NCBI GenBank assembly: GCA_963847705.1
Contig: CAWKBC010000040.1
Location: 96,001-160,000 of the forward strand
Source: an uncultured Pseudomonadota bacterium
GTDB taxonomy: Bacteria; Myxococcota_A; Polyangia; Fen-1088
Length of the DNA stretch: 64,000 bases
Direction: 5' to 3'
Shown: positions 29,458-39,313 of the stretch, in pieces
How positions within the stretch are numbered: the stretch's first letter is position 1
Layout of the letters: every line of letters starts with the position of its first letter
Translations under genes and position numbers: made by a program
Notes under the pieces: generated by a model
The model's database searches: none
The model's input: only the letters and a program-made list of their open reading frames with translations
Told to the model about the DNA's origin: nothing

Positions 29458-30335
29458 GTGAGGAGAGGATCGACTTACGGGGACAGCGGGAGTACAGCGA
29501 CCGCGCCTTCGCCAAGATCACGGCGGGCGCCGCGGGCCTCGTATTGTTGATCCTCGGACTCATCGCCATCACCATGACTCGCCGGGCACTGCCCGTGTTC
29601 GGCGCGATGGGGGCGAAGTTCTTCACCTCGACGCGCTGGTCTCCACCAGACGACCTGTTCGGGGCGCTCCCCTTCATCTGGGGGACGGCCTTCACCGCGG
29701 CCATCGCGATCGTCATCGCGGTGCCGATCAGCCTAGGCGTGGCGCTGTTCATGACCCAGGTTGCGCGCCCCGGTCTGGCGCGGCCGCTCGTCTATCTCAT
29801 GGACCTTCTGGCCGGGGTTCCTTCGGTCGTGTTCGGCCTGTGGGGAGTTCTGGTGCTCTCGCAGCTCTTCGACCTGGGCCGTTCGTTCCTGACCGCCGGC
29901 ATCATCCTGGCGATCATGATCATCCCCATCATCACCTCGCTGGCGCGCGAGGTCATCGATACCACCCCCCCCGGCGACAAGGAGGGGGCGCTGGCGATGG
30001 GGACGACCCGCTGGGAGATGATCACCGAGACCGTCCTCCCCCACAGCGCCGGGGGGCTGGTGGGCGCGGTGATGCTCGGTCTCGGACGCGCGATGGGCGA
30101 GACCATCGCCGCCGCGCTGGTCATCGGCTCGGCGCTGGGTCAGATCACGCTGCGGGCGTTCGCCCCCGGCAATTCGATGCCCGCGGTCATCGCCAACGAG
30201 TGGGGGGAGGCCCAGGATCTCCACAAGTCGGCGCTGATCGCCCTGGCGGTGACGTTGTTCGTCATCACCATCCTGGTCAACCTGGTGGCGACCGGGATCG
30301 TTCAGCGCTCGATGAAGCGGGGGCAAGGAACGTGA
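29454..30335 (+). CDS. pstC: Phosphate ABC transporter permease
   Basis: GTG overlapping the pstS stop; LAGVPSVVFGLWG, LGLGRAMGETIA. Confidence 0.93.
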   Translation: MSEERIDLRGQREYSDRAFAKITAGAAGLVLLILGLIAITMTRRALPVFGAMGAKFFTSTRWSPPDDLFGALPFIWGTAFTAAIAIVIAVPISLGVALFMTQVARPGLARPLVYLMDLLAGVPSVVFGLWGVLVLSQLFDLGRSFLTAGIILAIMIIPIITSLAREVIDTTPPGDKEGALAMGTTRWEMITETVLPHSAGGLVGAVMLGLGRAMGETIAAALVIGSALGQITLRAFAPGNSMPAVIANEWGEAQDLHKSALIALAVTLFVITILVNLVATGIVQRSMKRGQGT

Positions 30336-31237
30336 GCGCCGCGAACTTCACGGCGGAGATCGTCGTCCCGCCGGACCTGACGGCGAAGCGGAGCTGGCGG
30401 TCGGTCAAGAGCGCGATCATGACCGGGCTCATGATCGCCTCGGTGGTGGCCGTCGCCTTGCCGCTGGTGGCCGTCGTCTGGGCGATCTTCTCGCGCGGGA
30501 TGGCCGTCGCGTTTCGTGGATTCCCGCACTTCTTCGTCGACGAGATCCCGGTGATCGCGCGAAAGGCTGGACCGGGGATGGGCCCGGCCATCCTGGGAAC
30601 GCTGCTGGCCACCGGTGCGGCGACGCTGATCGCCGTGCCGCTCGGCGTGGCCGGCGCGGTCTACCTTCACGAGTACGGGGTGAAGAACCGCTTTTCTCGG
30701 CTGGTGCGGTTCATGTCCAACGTGATGACCGGGGTTCCGTCGATCGTCATGGGCCTCTTCGTCTACGTCACCTGGACGCTCCGGTTCGGCTACTCCGCGT
30801 TCGGCGGTTCGCTGGCCCTCGCCTGCCTCATGCTTCCGGTCGTCATCGGTTCGACCGAGCAGATGCTGAAGCTGGTGCCGAACCATCTGCGGGAGGCGTC
30901 GTACGCGGTCGGCACCTCCAAGAGCCGAACGATCCTCACGGTGGTGCTGCCCGCCGCCATGCCGGGCATCATCTCGGGCTCCCTGCTGGCGGTCGCGCGC
31001 GCCGCCGGGGAGACCGCGCCGTTGCTGTTCGCCACGGGCGCGGCGACGGAATACAACCCGAACCTGTTCGTCGAGGCGAACACGGCGCTCTCGCTCCAGA
31101 TCTTCGGCAACGCCACCTCGTCGTTCGCCGCGGCTCAGGACCGGGCCTGGGGTGCCGCGCTGACCCTGGTCATGCTGACATTTGTCATCACGTTGATTGC
31201 CCGATTTGTCACGGCGCGCTTTGCCCGCCGGAGGTAA
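30332..31237 (+). CDS. pstA: Phosphate ABC transporter permease
   Basis: GVPSIVMGLF, LREASYAVG, ARAAGETAPL. Confidence 0.93.
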   Translation: MSAANFTAEIVVPPDLTAKRSWRSVKSAIMTGLMIASVVAVALPLVAVVWAIFSRGMAVAFRGFPHFFVDEIPVIARKAGPGMGPAILGTLLATGAATLIAVPLGVAGAVYLHEYGVKNRFSRLVRFMSNVMTGVPSIVMGLFVYVTWTLRFGYSAFGGSLALACLMLPVVIGSTEQMLKLVPNHLREASYAVGTSKSRTILTVVLPAAMPGIISGSLLAVARAAGETAPLLFATGAATEYNPNLFVEANTALSLQIFGNATSSFAAAQDRAWGAALTLVMLTFVITLIARFVTARFARRR

Positions 31238-31243
31238 GAGGAA

Positions 31244-32140
31244 ATGCCCTTGGAAGACGTAAAGAACAAGAAGACCGATGGCCGGCCCATGATCCGGCTC
31301 CCCCCCCAGGCGGCCGTCAAGCCCGAGGGGCCGGCGCCGAGCGCTGCCGTCCAGCCGAGCGTGGTCTTCAATCTGGACAAGCTCGAGGTCTTCTACGGCG
31401 CGTTCCGGGCCGTCCGCAACGTCAGCATGCAGATCTTCAAGAACGAGATCACCGCCTTCATCGGCCCGTCCGGTTGCGGCAAGACCACCGTCTTGCGCTG
31501 CTTCAACCGGATGCACGACGTGACCCCCGGGGCCCGGGTGGCGGGCGGCCTTCGCTACCACACGGCCGATCTGTACGGACCCAACGTGTCGGCCACCGAG
31601 GTTCGCCGGCGCATCGGCATGGTGTTCCAGAAGCCGAACCCTTTTCCCAAGAGCATCTACGACAACGTGGCCTTCGGCCTGCGCTCCAAGGGCATTCGCT
31701 CGAAGAGCGAGATCGACGCCCAGGTCGAAAAGTCGCTGCGCGGCGCGGCGCTCTGGGACGAGGTCAAGGACCGGCTGCGGGCCTCCGCCCTGGGCCTCTC
31801 GGGCGGGCAGCAGCAGCGGCTGTGCATCGCCCGCACCATCGCGGTCGGCCCCGAGGTCGTGCTGATGGACGAGCCCTGCAGCGCGCTCGATCCGGTGGCG
31901 ACGGCGCACATCGAGGAGCTGATGCGCGAGCTCAAGCAGAACTTCACCATCGTGATCGTCACCCACAACATGCAGCAGGCGGCGCGGGTCAGCGACAAGA
32001 CGGCCTTCTTCACCACCGAGGTCGACGCCAAGTTCGGCCTGCGCACCGGCACGCTGGTCGAGCACGACGCGACCGAGAAGATCTTCTCCAACCCCAGCGA
32101 CGAGCGGACCGAGCGTTACATCACCGGCCGCTTCGGCTGA
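31244..32140 (+). CDS. pstB: Phosphate ABC transporter ATP-binding protein
   Basis: [46 protein letters not shown]. Confidence 0.96.
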   Translation: MPLEDVKNKKTDGRPMIRLPPQAAVKPEGPAPSAAVQPSVVFNLDKLEVFYGAFRAVRNVSMQIFKNEITAFIGPSGCGKTTVLRCFNRMHDVTPGARVAGGLRYHTADLYGPNVSATEVRRRIGMVFQKPNPFPKSIYDNVAFGLRSKGIRSKSEIDAQVEKSLRGAALWDEVKDRLRASALGLSGGQQQRLCIARTIAVGPEVVLMDEPCSALDPVATAHIEELMRELKQNFTIVIVTHNMQQAARVSDKTAFFTTEVDAKFGLRTGTLVEHDATEKIFSNPSDERTERYITGRFG

Positions 32141-32252
32141 GAGGGCCGCTGGACGCTCGGGTTGACGCTCGGCGCTCGGCGCTTACTCTCCAGGTCAGTC
32201 CGTGAGGCACAACGCCCACGGCAAGGCCGCCGGGAGCTGATGGCCTCGGCGC

Positions 32253-33275
32253 GTGGAGAAGGAGAGTGTAATGCTGGCTCAAGCGCGTTCCGACAGGGAT
32301 GATCGAGAGTTGCTGGACACCTACTCGCAGACGGTGGCGGCCGTCGCCGAGCAGGTGAGCCCTTCGGTGGTGAAGATCGCGGTGCAGGGGTCCGAGCCCC
32401 CATCCGGCCCTGCACGCTCACGACCGGGACCGCCCCGACAGCCGGGCGAGTCCTCGGGCAGCGGTTCGGGGTTCGTGATGACGCCGGACGGTTACGTGCT
32501 GACGAACAGCCACGTCGTGCACGGCGCGAAGCGCATCAGCGCCATCTTTCAGGATGGCCAGCGCGCGCCGGCCCAGCTGGTGGGCGACGACCCCCAGACC
32601 GATATCGCGCTGGTCCGGATCGAGGGGCCCAACCTGGCGGCGCTCAGCTTCGGGGACTCGTCGTCGTTGCGGGTGGGCCAGCTGGCGATCGCGGTCGGCA
32701 ACCCCTACGGCTTCGATTGCACCGTCACCGCCGGGGTGGTCAGCGCGCTCGGGCGGTCGCTCAGGACCAGCACGGGGCACCTCATCGACGACGTCATCCA
32801 GACCGACGCCGCGCTGAACCCGGGCAATTCGGGCGGTCCGCTGGTCGATTCGCGGGGGCAGGTCATCGGCGTGAACACGGCGATGATCATGCCGGCGCAA
32901 GGCATCTGCTTCGCGATCGCCGCGAACACGGTCAGCTTCGTCATGAGCAAGCTGATCCACGAAGGTCGCATCCGGCGCTCCTATTTGGGCGTCGGCGGGC
33001 AGACCGTGCCGCTGCATCGGCGCCTGGTCCGGTTTCATGGTCTGCCTACGGAGAGCGGCGTCTTCGTGGCGTCGGTCGAGCCGAACAGCCCCGCGGCGCG
33101 CGGCGGCCTGCGCGATGGCGACCTGATCGTCGCTTACGGGGACAAGCCGATCGCCGGCATCGACGACCTGCATCGCCTGCTGACCGAAGAGCAGGCGGGC
33201 GTCGGCGCCACCCTGACCATCATCCGTGACCTGAAGAGGGAGACCGTCGAGGTGACGCCAACGTTGCGCCAGTGA
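32253..33275 (+). CDS. HtrA/DegP-family serine protease with one PDZ domain
   Basis: Catalytic triad motifs TNSHVV, DIAL, GNSGGPL; PDZ 'SPAARGGLRDGD'. Confidence 0.92.
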   Translation: MEKESVMLAQARSDRDDRELLDTYSQTVAAVAEQVSPSVVKIAVQGSEPPSGPARSRPGPPRQPGESSGSGSGFVMTPDGYVLTNSHVVHGAKRISAIFQDGQRAPAQLVGDDPQTDIALVRIEGPNLAALSFGDSSSLRVGQLAIAVGNPYGFDCTVTAGVVSALGRSLRTSTGHLIDDVIQTDAALNPGNSGGPLVDSRGQVIGVNTAMIMPAQGICFAIAANTVSFVMSKLIHEGRIRRSYLGVGGQTVPLHRRLVRFHGLPTESGVFVASVEPNSPAARGGLRDGDLIVAYGDKPIAGIDDLHRLLTEEQAGVGATLTIIRDLKRETVEVTPTLRQ

Positions 33276-33379
33276 TCTCGCGATGACGTTGGCCTTCGTC
33301 AACGCGCGGCCGGCTCAGCGTGAATGTGATCGGGATCGCCCGCTTGACGAGCGGACGCAACAGCGCCGACTTCTCGCTC

Positions 33380-33449
33380 GAGCTTTTGTTGTCCGGCGGA
33401 TGAGTAATGACGCGCGAACCGCAACAAAAGCTCCCGCTCCGGATTGACA
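33380..33449 (+). promoter_or_regulatory. Perfect 12-bp inverted repeat (30-nt spacer) followed by TTGACA
   Basis: GAGCTTTTGTTG 33380-33391, CAACAAAAGCTC 33422-33433, TTGACA 33444-33449; no well-spaced -10 seen. Confidence 0.5.
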
Positions 33450-33485
33450 ACCAAGCTGCAGGTGCTTCGCTAGAAGGGTCGGGCG

Positions 33486-35219
33486 ATGGCGAGTGTGGGT
33501 CAAGGAGAGCAGCGGACGAGGACCGTCCGGCGCGCGGTCGAGCGGATTCTCGGGCTCGGCGTCGACAGCACCATGTCCGTCGACGCTGTCAAACGTCTGC
33601 GGCTGTGCAACATCAATGCGTTTGGCGGCGCCATCATCATGGCGACCTGGGCCCTCGTGGAAGCCGTGATGGGCGATCGCGGCAACCTGCTCTGGGAGCT
33701 GCGATTCCTGGCCGGCTTCCTGGCGGTGCTGGGGCTGAGCGCGATCGGCGCCCACCGGGTGGCCCGTCTTCTGCTCATCGTCACCGCGAATATTTGCGTA
33801 TTCGCCGGCGCTCTTTTGTTCACCGAATCATCGGGCGGCATTCTCCCTTTCTTCGCCATGGCGGCCCTGCCACTCCTGTTGTTCGGGCCCGACGAATGGC
33901 TGCTGGCGACGCTGGGCGCGGCGCTCCCTGCGCTCTTGCTGGCCGCTGCCAAGACCGGCTTGGCCGCGCATCTGTTCTCCGTCCAGCCGAGGGCGGCTCC
34001 CCCCTGGTACTTCGCGGCCAACGCCGCGACGACATTCGGTCTCGCGTTCCTGGTTCCATTCTTCTTCTTTCGTTCGAACGTCAGGGCGGAAGCGTCGTTA
34101 CAGCGGATTGGCCAATGGAAGCTCAAACGGGTCATCGACGCCGACCTCATCGGCGTCGTCCGCGGGCGCCTCTGCGGCCGTATCGAGGATGCCAACGATA
34201 CGTTCCTCTCCCTGCTCGGCTACACCCGTCAGGACCTGGTCGCCGGAGCCCTCGATCTCGGCATGATTGCCTCGTCGGGCTCGCTCCTCGCCGAGCTGCC
34301 GCAGAGGGGCCCGACCTCGGTGTATGAGCTCATCTGCCGGCGCAAGGACGGCACGACGGTCCCGGCCCTGGTCGGCATCGCGCGCCTCGACGAGAGCGAC
34401 GACAACAACGACGAGGTCGTCGGTTTCATCCTCGATCTGACGGCGCAGAAGCACCTGGAGGCGCAGCGGGCGATGCTGCATGACAGCCGGGAAGAGCTGC
34501 GCCTCCGCGATCTGTTCAATTCCATCGCCTCTCACGAGCTGAAGACGCCGCTCACCGCTCTTTTGCTCAACCTGCGCCTCTTGAGCGCGCGACTGGACAA
34601 GGAGACGCCCCCCAGCTCGCCGCTGCGTGCGCAGGTCGTCCGCTGTGAGTCGGCGGCCGCCCGCATGGCCGGGCTCATTCACGCGCTGCTCGACGTCGCC
34701 CAGGTTCATCGCGGGCGACTCACTCTGGACGTGCGCGACACGGACGTGGTGGAAGCGGTGCGCAGCGTGGTCAGCGGATTCGACGTCAATCGAAACGGCG
34801 GCCGAGCCCCGATCGCGCTCCGCACCGAGGAGCACTTCACCGCCAAGCTCGACCCGCTGCGCTTCGATCAGGTCGTGACCAACCTGCTCTCGAACGCCGT
34901 CAAGTACGGCGCCGGCAAGCCGATCGAGGTGCGTCTCAGTCACGATCGCGCGGCCGATGCCGCTCATCTCGAGGTCATCGACGGAGGCCCGGGCATCGAT
35001 CCGGGGATGACGGAGAAGATCTTCGAGCCCTTTCAGCGCGCCACATCCATGGAGCCGATCCCCGGGATGGGCCTGGGTCTCTACGTGGTGAAGATGATCG
35101 TGGAAGGGCACGGCGGTCGAATCGCGGTCGACACCGAGCTGGGACATGGCTCGCGATTCATCGTCGATCTCCCCTGTGCGGCCAGCCCGGCAGGAAGCTC
35201 AATGAGCGCGCCGGGATAG
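33486..35219 (+). CDS. Membrane sensor histidine kinase (about 6 TM + PAS + HisKA + HATPase)
   Basis: Hydrophobic N-terminus; HELKTPL, NLLSNAVKY, DGGPGI, GMGLGL. Confidence 0.92.
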   Translation: MASVGQGEQRTRTVRRAVERILGLGVDSTMSVDAVKRLRLCNINAFGGAIIMATWALVEAVMGDRGNLLWELRFLAGFLAVLGLSAIGAHRVARLLLIVTANICVFAGALLFTESSGGILPFFAMAALPLLLFGPDEWLLATLGAALPALLLAAAKTGLAAHLFSVQPRAAPPWYFAANAATTFGLAFLVPFFFFRSNVRAEASLQRIGQWKLKRVIDADLIGVVRGRLCGRIEDANDTFLSLLGYTRQDLVAGALDLGMIASSGSLLAELPQRGPTSVYELICRRKDGTTVPALVGIARLDESDDNNDEVVGFILDLTAQKHLEAQRAMLHDSREELRLRDLFNSIASHELKTPLTALLLNLRLLSARLDKETPPSSPLRAQVVRCESAAARMAGLIHALLDVAQVHRGRLTLDVRDTDVVEAVRSVVSGFDVNRNGGRAPIALRTEEHFTAKLDPLRFDQVVTNLLSNAVKYGAGKPIEVRLSHDRAADAAHLEVIDGGPGIDPGMTEKIFEPFQRATSMEPIPGMGLGLYVVKMIVEGHGGRIAVDTELGHGSRFIVDLPCAASPAGSSMSAPG

Positions 35220-35255
35220 CGTCGAGGGCCGGGGAGCCCTGATTCGTTCGCGTGG

Positions 35256-36602
35256 TTGAGCTTCGCCTCATCCGCGTCAGAGAAGATTGGCCAGGCGGGT
35301 TTCTGGCTGTTCCGGGAAGTGGGCTCGGCCATACTGGTGGTCGAGTTGCGAGCTCGCAGCACCAGGCTCGCCCGCGGTGGACTTCCGTCAAGCGGGGCAG
35401 CAATCGAGGAGGACCCGGCGATCGACCCGCGGTTGCGCTCGGTCGACGTTTCCGTGGCCGAAGGGATCCTGCGCGGTCTCGGGCATCTGACCGCGGAGGA
35501 CGAGCAGCTGGGCGGTCGGTTCGTGACCCTGCGCGGCCGCCGGCAGATCAACTTCGGCTCCTGCTCGTACCTCGGTCTCGAGACCGATCTGCGGCTCAAG
35601 AATGCGGCCTGCGACGCGATCGCCCGGTACGGCGTTCAGTTCGCGTCGTCACGCGCCTACGTCTCCTGCCCCCCGTACGCCGAGCTCGAGCGCCTGCTGG
35701 CCGCGATGTTCGAGACCCCGCTGGTGGTGGCACAAACCACCACGCTGGCGCACTTCGCGGCGTTGCCGCTCTTGATCGGCAAGGCGGACGCGGTCGTCTG
35801 CGATCAGCTGGTCCACAACAGCGTGCAGGCGGTGTTGCCGACGCTCCAGGCGGCGGGGACCTTCTGCCGTTTCGTCCGACACAGCCGGATCGATCGTCTC
35901 GAGGAGATCCTTCGCGCGCTCGGCGAGCGCCACCGCCGGGTCTGGTATCTGGCCGACGGGGTCTACAGCATGCACGGCGATCTGGCGCCGCTGACCGCGC
36001 TGCAGGACCTGATGTCGCGAAACGAGCAGCTCCGTCTCTACCTCGATGATTCCCACGGCGTCAGCTGGTCGGGGAGGCATGGGCGGGGGACCCTGCTCGG
36101 CGAGGGCCCCCTGCCGCCCCGCACGGTGATGGTCGGCTCGCTGGCCAAGGCGTTCTCGGCGGGAGGCGCGGTCCTGGCGCTCCCGGACGCGGAGACCGCC
36201 CGTCTCATTCGGACCTGCGGAAGCACGATGATCTTTTCGGGCCCGCTGCAGCCCGCCCTGCTCGGCGCGGCCATCGCGTCGGCGCGCGTCCATCTGTCGA
36301 AGGAGCTCTCCGAGCGGCAGGAGAGGCTCAGGGAGCGGATCCAGCTGTTCAACGCGCTGGCCGAGGCGCGCGGCATTCCGCTCGGTTCACCGGCCGCGAC
36401 GCCGATCCGCTTCGTCCAGACGGGCGACGAGGAAACGACCTACCGGCTGGCCGGCGAGCTGATGAGCGACGGCTTCTACACCAACACCGCCGTCTTCCCG
36501 GCGGTGTCGAAGCGCCACGGGGGCCTGCGCGTTGCCCTCACCCTGCATCAGACCCCGGACGACGTCCGCGACCTGATCGACACCATCGCCAGACGGCTGT
36601 AG
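35256..36602 (+). CDS. PLP-dependent alpha-oxoamine synthase family enzyme (BioF/KBL/SPT/CqsA superfamily); start uncertain
   Basis: NFGSCSYLGL, HNS, DGVYSMHGD, DDSH, SLAKAF (PLP Lys), IFSGP. Confidence 0.85.
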   Translation: MSFASSASEKIGQAGFWLFREVGSAILVVELRARSTRLARGGLPSSGAAIEEDPAIDPRLRSVDVSVAEGILRGLGHLTAEDEQLGGRFVTLRGRRQINFGSCSYLGLETDLRLKNAACDAIARYGVQFASSRAYVSCPPYAELERLLAAMFETPLVVAQTTTLAHFAALPLLIGKADAVVCDQLVHNSVQAVLPTLQAAGTFCRFVRHSRIDRLEEILRALGERHRRVWYLADGVYSMHGDLAPLTALQDLMSRNEQLRLYLDDSHGVSWSGRHGRGTLLGEGPLPPRTVMVGSLAKAFSAGGAVLALPDAETARLIRTCGSTMIFSGPLQPALLGAAIASARVHLSKELSERQERLRERIQLFNALAEARGIPLGSPAATPIRFVQTGDEETTYRLAGELMSDGFYTNTAVFPAVSKRHGGLRVALTLHQTPDDVRDLIDTIARRL

Positions 36603-36610
36603 GCGCGCGC

Positions 36611-37570
36611 TCAGGGCTCGCGGACGATGCAGCGGAAGCCGAGGTGGCAGGTCGAGGTGTCGATCGCCTGCGCCATGCGGGCGGCCGGGCGGTAGCGCCG
36701 GCAGTAGTTTGGCGCGCAGAGGAACGAACCTCCCTTGATCACCTTGCGCGGGATGGGGAGGGACACCGTGGGATCGTAGCTCCGCTCGCGCGCGGTCCGC
36801 TTGTCGCCGCTGCCGCAGCAGGCACCCTGCTCGTCCGGTCTGGGGTGCCCGGGGGCATACCAGTCGGTCGTCCATTCCCAGACGTTGCCGATCATGTCGT
36901 AGAGGCCCCAGCCGTTGGGGGGGAACACTCCGACCGGCGAGGTGGTCTCGTAGCCGTCCGTCAGCAAGTTCTGGTGGGGAAACTCGCCTTGCCAGGTGTT
37001 GGCCATCGGCTTGCCGTCGGGCTCGAGGTCGTCGCCCCAGGCGTACTCCGTGTGATTGAGCCCGCCGCGCGCGGCGAACTCCCACTCGGCCTCCGTCGGC
37101 AGCTCCTTGCCCGCCCATCTGGCGTACGCCGTGGCGTCGTCGAGCCCCACGTGAACCACGGGGTGGTGATCCATCCCCTCGATGGAGCTCTGAGGACCTT
37201 GCGGGTGGCGCCAGTCGGCGCCCGGGACGAACGCCCACCAGTTGAGAAAGTTGCGCATGTCGACCCGGCCTGCCGGTTTGACGAACACCACCGAAGCGGG
37301 GACCAGCAACGCAGGATCGGCGCCCGGGTACTGGGTCGCGTCGGGCGCGATCTCCGCCTGGGTGACGTACCCGGTCTCCTCGACGAACCGGCGGAAGTGC
37401 GCATTGGTGACCGGCCAACGATCGAGCCAGAACCCATCGACCGTCGCTCGATGAGACGGCGCCTCCTCGCGGTAGTGGTGATCGGAGCCCATGGTGAACT
37501 CGCCGCCCGGGATCCATTCCATGCCCAGCCGGCGTGCGCGCTCGACGTTCGGTTGCGTCTGTGTAGGCAT
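36611..37570 (-). CDS. Formylglycine-generating enzyme (SUMF1 family)
   Basis: FTMGS, LPTEAEWEFAARGG, GNVWEW, GGSFLCAPNYCRRYRPAAR, GFRC. Confidence 0.9.
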   Translation of the reverse strand: MPTQTQPNVERARRLGMEWIPGGEFTMGSDHHYREEAPSHRATVDGFWLDRWPVTNAHFRRFVEETGYVTQAEIAPDATQYPGADPALLVPASVVFVKPAGRVDMRNFLNWWAFVPGADWRHPQGPQSSIEGMDHHPVVHVGLDDATAYARWAGKELPTEAEWEFAARGGLNHTEYAWGDDLEPDGKPMANTWQGEFPHQNLLTDGYETTSPVGVFPPNGWGLYDMIGNVWEWTTDWYAPGHPRPDEQGACCGSGDKRTARERSYDPTVSLPIPRKVIKGGSFLCAPNYCRRYRPAARMAQAIDTSTCHLGFRCIVREP

Positions 37571-37773
37571 CGTGAGCTCCTCGGCGGTGCGTATTCCCGC
37601 CCGGCGAGCATGCGATCCGCAGAACCAGGCACAAGACTGCGGGACATCAATTAGGGCGTCGCCGTACGGATCAGTCGTCGCCGTATGCTCGACCGGAAAT
37701 ACGTTGCCGGCTTACAACGGTCGCAATCAACCGATGGCCATGTTCCTTGCGGGCGGTTGGCCCGGAGGCACAC

Positions 37774-38556
37774 ATGAGATCACATCTGGTGGCCGTCGCG
37801 CTCGCGGCTGGCCTGGCGCTGGGAGCAGGCAGCCGGTCGAACGCAGAGGCGAAGCCTGCCTCGGCCAAACCTGCGGTCGACCCGGACGCGATCGCCGCGC
37901 TTCAAAAGATGGGCGCCTTCCTGCGCGATCAGCAGAAGTTCTCGGTGCGGGCCAACGTCACCACCGACGACCTGCTGGCGTCGGGGCAGAAGGTTCAGTT
38001 CGGCGGAACCATCGAGCTGATGGTGCGCCGGCCGGACCGGATGCGCGCCGACGTCCGCGGCGATCGCAGCGACGAGCACATCTATTACGACGGCAAGACC
38101 TTCACCATCTTCGGCGAGAAGCTCGGCTACTACGCCTCCTTTCAGGCCCCGGCCACGCTGGCCGAGCTGAAGGAGGTCACCGAGAAGCGCTACGGAATCG
38201 ACCTGCCGCTGGCCGACCTCTTCTACTGGGGAACGGAGCACGACGGGACCAGCGACATCACTGCGGCCACCAAGGTCGGCGTCTCGACCGTCGAAGGCAC
38301 CGCCTGCGACCACTACGCCTTCCGGCAGAAGGACGTCGACTGGGAGCTCTGGATCGAGCAGGGGGCCCACCCGCTGCCGCGCAAGCTGGTGATCACCACG
38401 ACCTCGGAGAAGTCACGCCCGCAACACGGGATGGTCCTGAACTGGGACCTGTCGCCGAAGCTCGCCGACGAGCTGTTCACGTTCGCTCCGCCGCCCGAGG
38501 CACACAAGGTCGAGTTCGACACGTCCATGGGCCGCAGCGTGAGCTCGCACCAGTAG
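37774..38556 (+). CDS. DUF2092-like periplasmic protein
   Basis: GGAGG RBS; signal peptide; GQKVQF..RRPDR..YDGKT..LPLADL..P.KLVIT. Confidence 0.8.
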   Translation: MRSHLVAVALAAGLALGAGSRSNAEAKPASAKPAVDPDAIAALQKMGAFLRDQQKFSVRANVTTDDLLASGQKVQFGGTIELMVRRPDRMRADVRGDRSDEHIYYDGKTFTIFGEKLGYYASFQAPATLAELKEVTEKRYGIDLPLADLFYWGTEHDGTSDITAATKVGVSTVEGTACDHYAFRQKDVDWELWIEQGAHPLPRKLVITTTSEKSRPQHGMVLNWDLSPKLADELFTFAPPPEAHKVEFDTSMGRSVSSHQ

Positions 38557-38604
38557 CAGAGCTCCCGGCGAGCCTCGAACAATCAACGACGAAGGAGACA
38601 CGTC

Positions 38605-38931
38605 ATGCGCCGAATCAGGGACAGGTTTGGATCAGGTGGATTGGTGTTGGCCGCATTTCTGGCGGCGGCCGGCCTGGCGCCCAGCACCGCCAACGCGGTG
38701 GTGGTCGTCCGGCGGAGCGTCAATTACCACCCCGTCGCGCGAGCGGCGGTGGTCACCACGGCGGCGGTCGCCACGGCGGTGGCGGTCGGCACCGTGGTGC
38801 GCTCGATCCCCCCCTCCTGCACCTCGGTGATGGTGGGCAACGTCGCCTACCAGCAGTGCGGCAGCACCTGGTACCAGCCGCGTTATGCCGGCTCGCAGGT
38901 GACCTACGTCGTCGTCAATCCGCCGCGTTAA
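38605..38931 (+). CDS. Small exported protein (DUF6515-like)
   Basis: AGGAG RBS; signal peptide; VVRSIPPSC..YQQCGSTWYQP..YVVVNPP. Confidence 0.65.
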   Translation: MRRIRDRFGSGGLVLAAFLAAAGLAPSTANAVVVVRRSVNYHPVARAAVVTTAAVATAVAVGTVVRSIPPSCTSVMVGNVAYQQCGSTWYQPRYAGSQVTYVVVNPPR

Positions 38932-38948
38932 CTCCGAAGGAGGCCCCC

Positions 38949-39311
38949 GTGGAGAACCAGAACAACGACACTCTGGTAACCGAGGAAACGTTCGCAGGAG
39001 AGGTTCCGGGGCTGGCGGGCATCGTCGGCCGGATGCGCCTGATGGTGGGAGACCAGGCGCTCGGCGTCCTGGTCGTCGACAACGGTCGCGTGAAGCTGGC
39101 GCCCGATGGGCCTCCGGTCGACGTGACCGCGGTCTGCAACACGCGTGACCTTCTGGTCGGCATTCTGCGCGGGCAGCGCAACCCGGTCCTGATGGCGCTC
39201 CAGGCCGAAGGCCGGCTGCACGGCGATCGCGAGCTCGGGGTGAAGATCCTCTACGGGTTGCGCGGCCAGAACCCCTTCCTGCAGGTTCCCTTGAACGGAA
39301 AGGACCAATAG
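38949..39311 (+). CDS. SCP2 sterol/lipid-binding-domain-like protein
   Basis: AGGAGG RBS + GTG; 'ILRGQRNPVLMALQAEGRLHGD' resembles the SCP2 C-terminal pattern. Confidence 0.6.
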   Translation: MENQNNDTLVTEETFAGEVPGLAGIVGRMRLMVGDQALGVLVVDNGRVKLAPDGPPVDVTAVCNTRDLLVGILRGQRNPVLMALQAEGRLHGDRELGVKILYGLRGQNPFLQVPLNGKDQ

Positions 39312-39313
39312 CG

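Noticed and set aside
35256-36602. Calling the PLP enzyme bioF or cqsA
   Set aside because: The motifs are shared across the superfamily and no biotin genes are adjacent, so a symbol is not justified without phylogeny.
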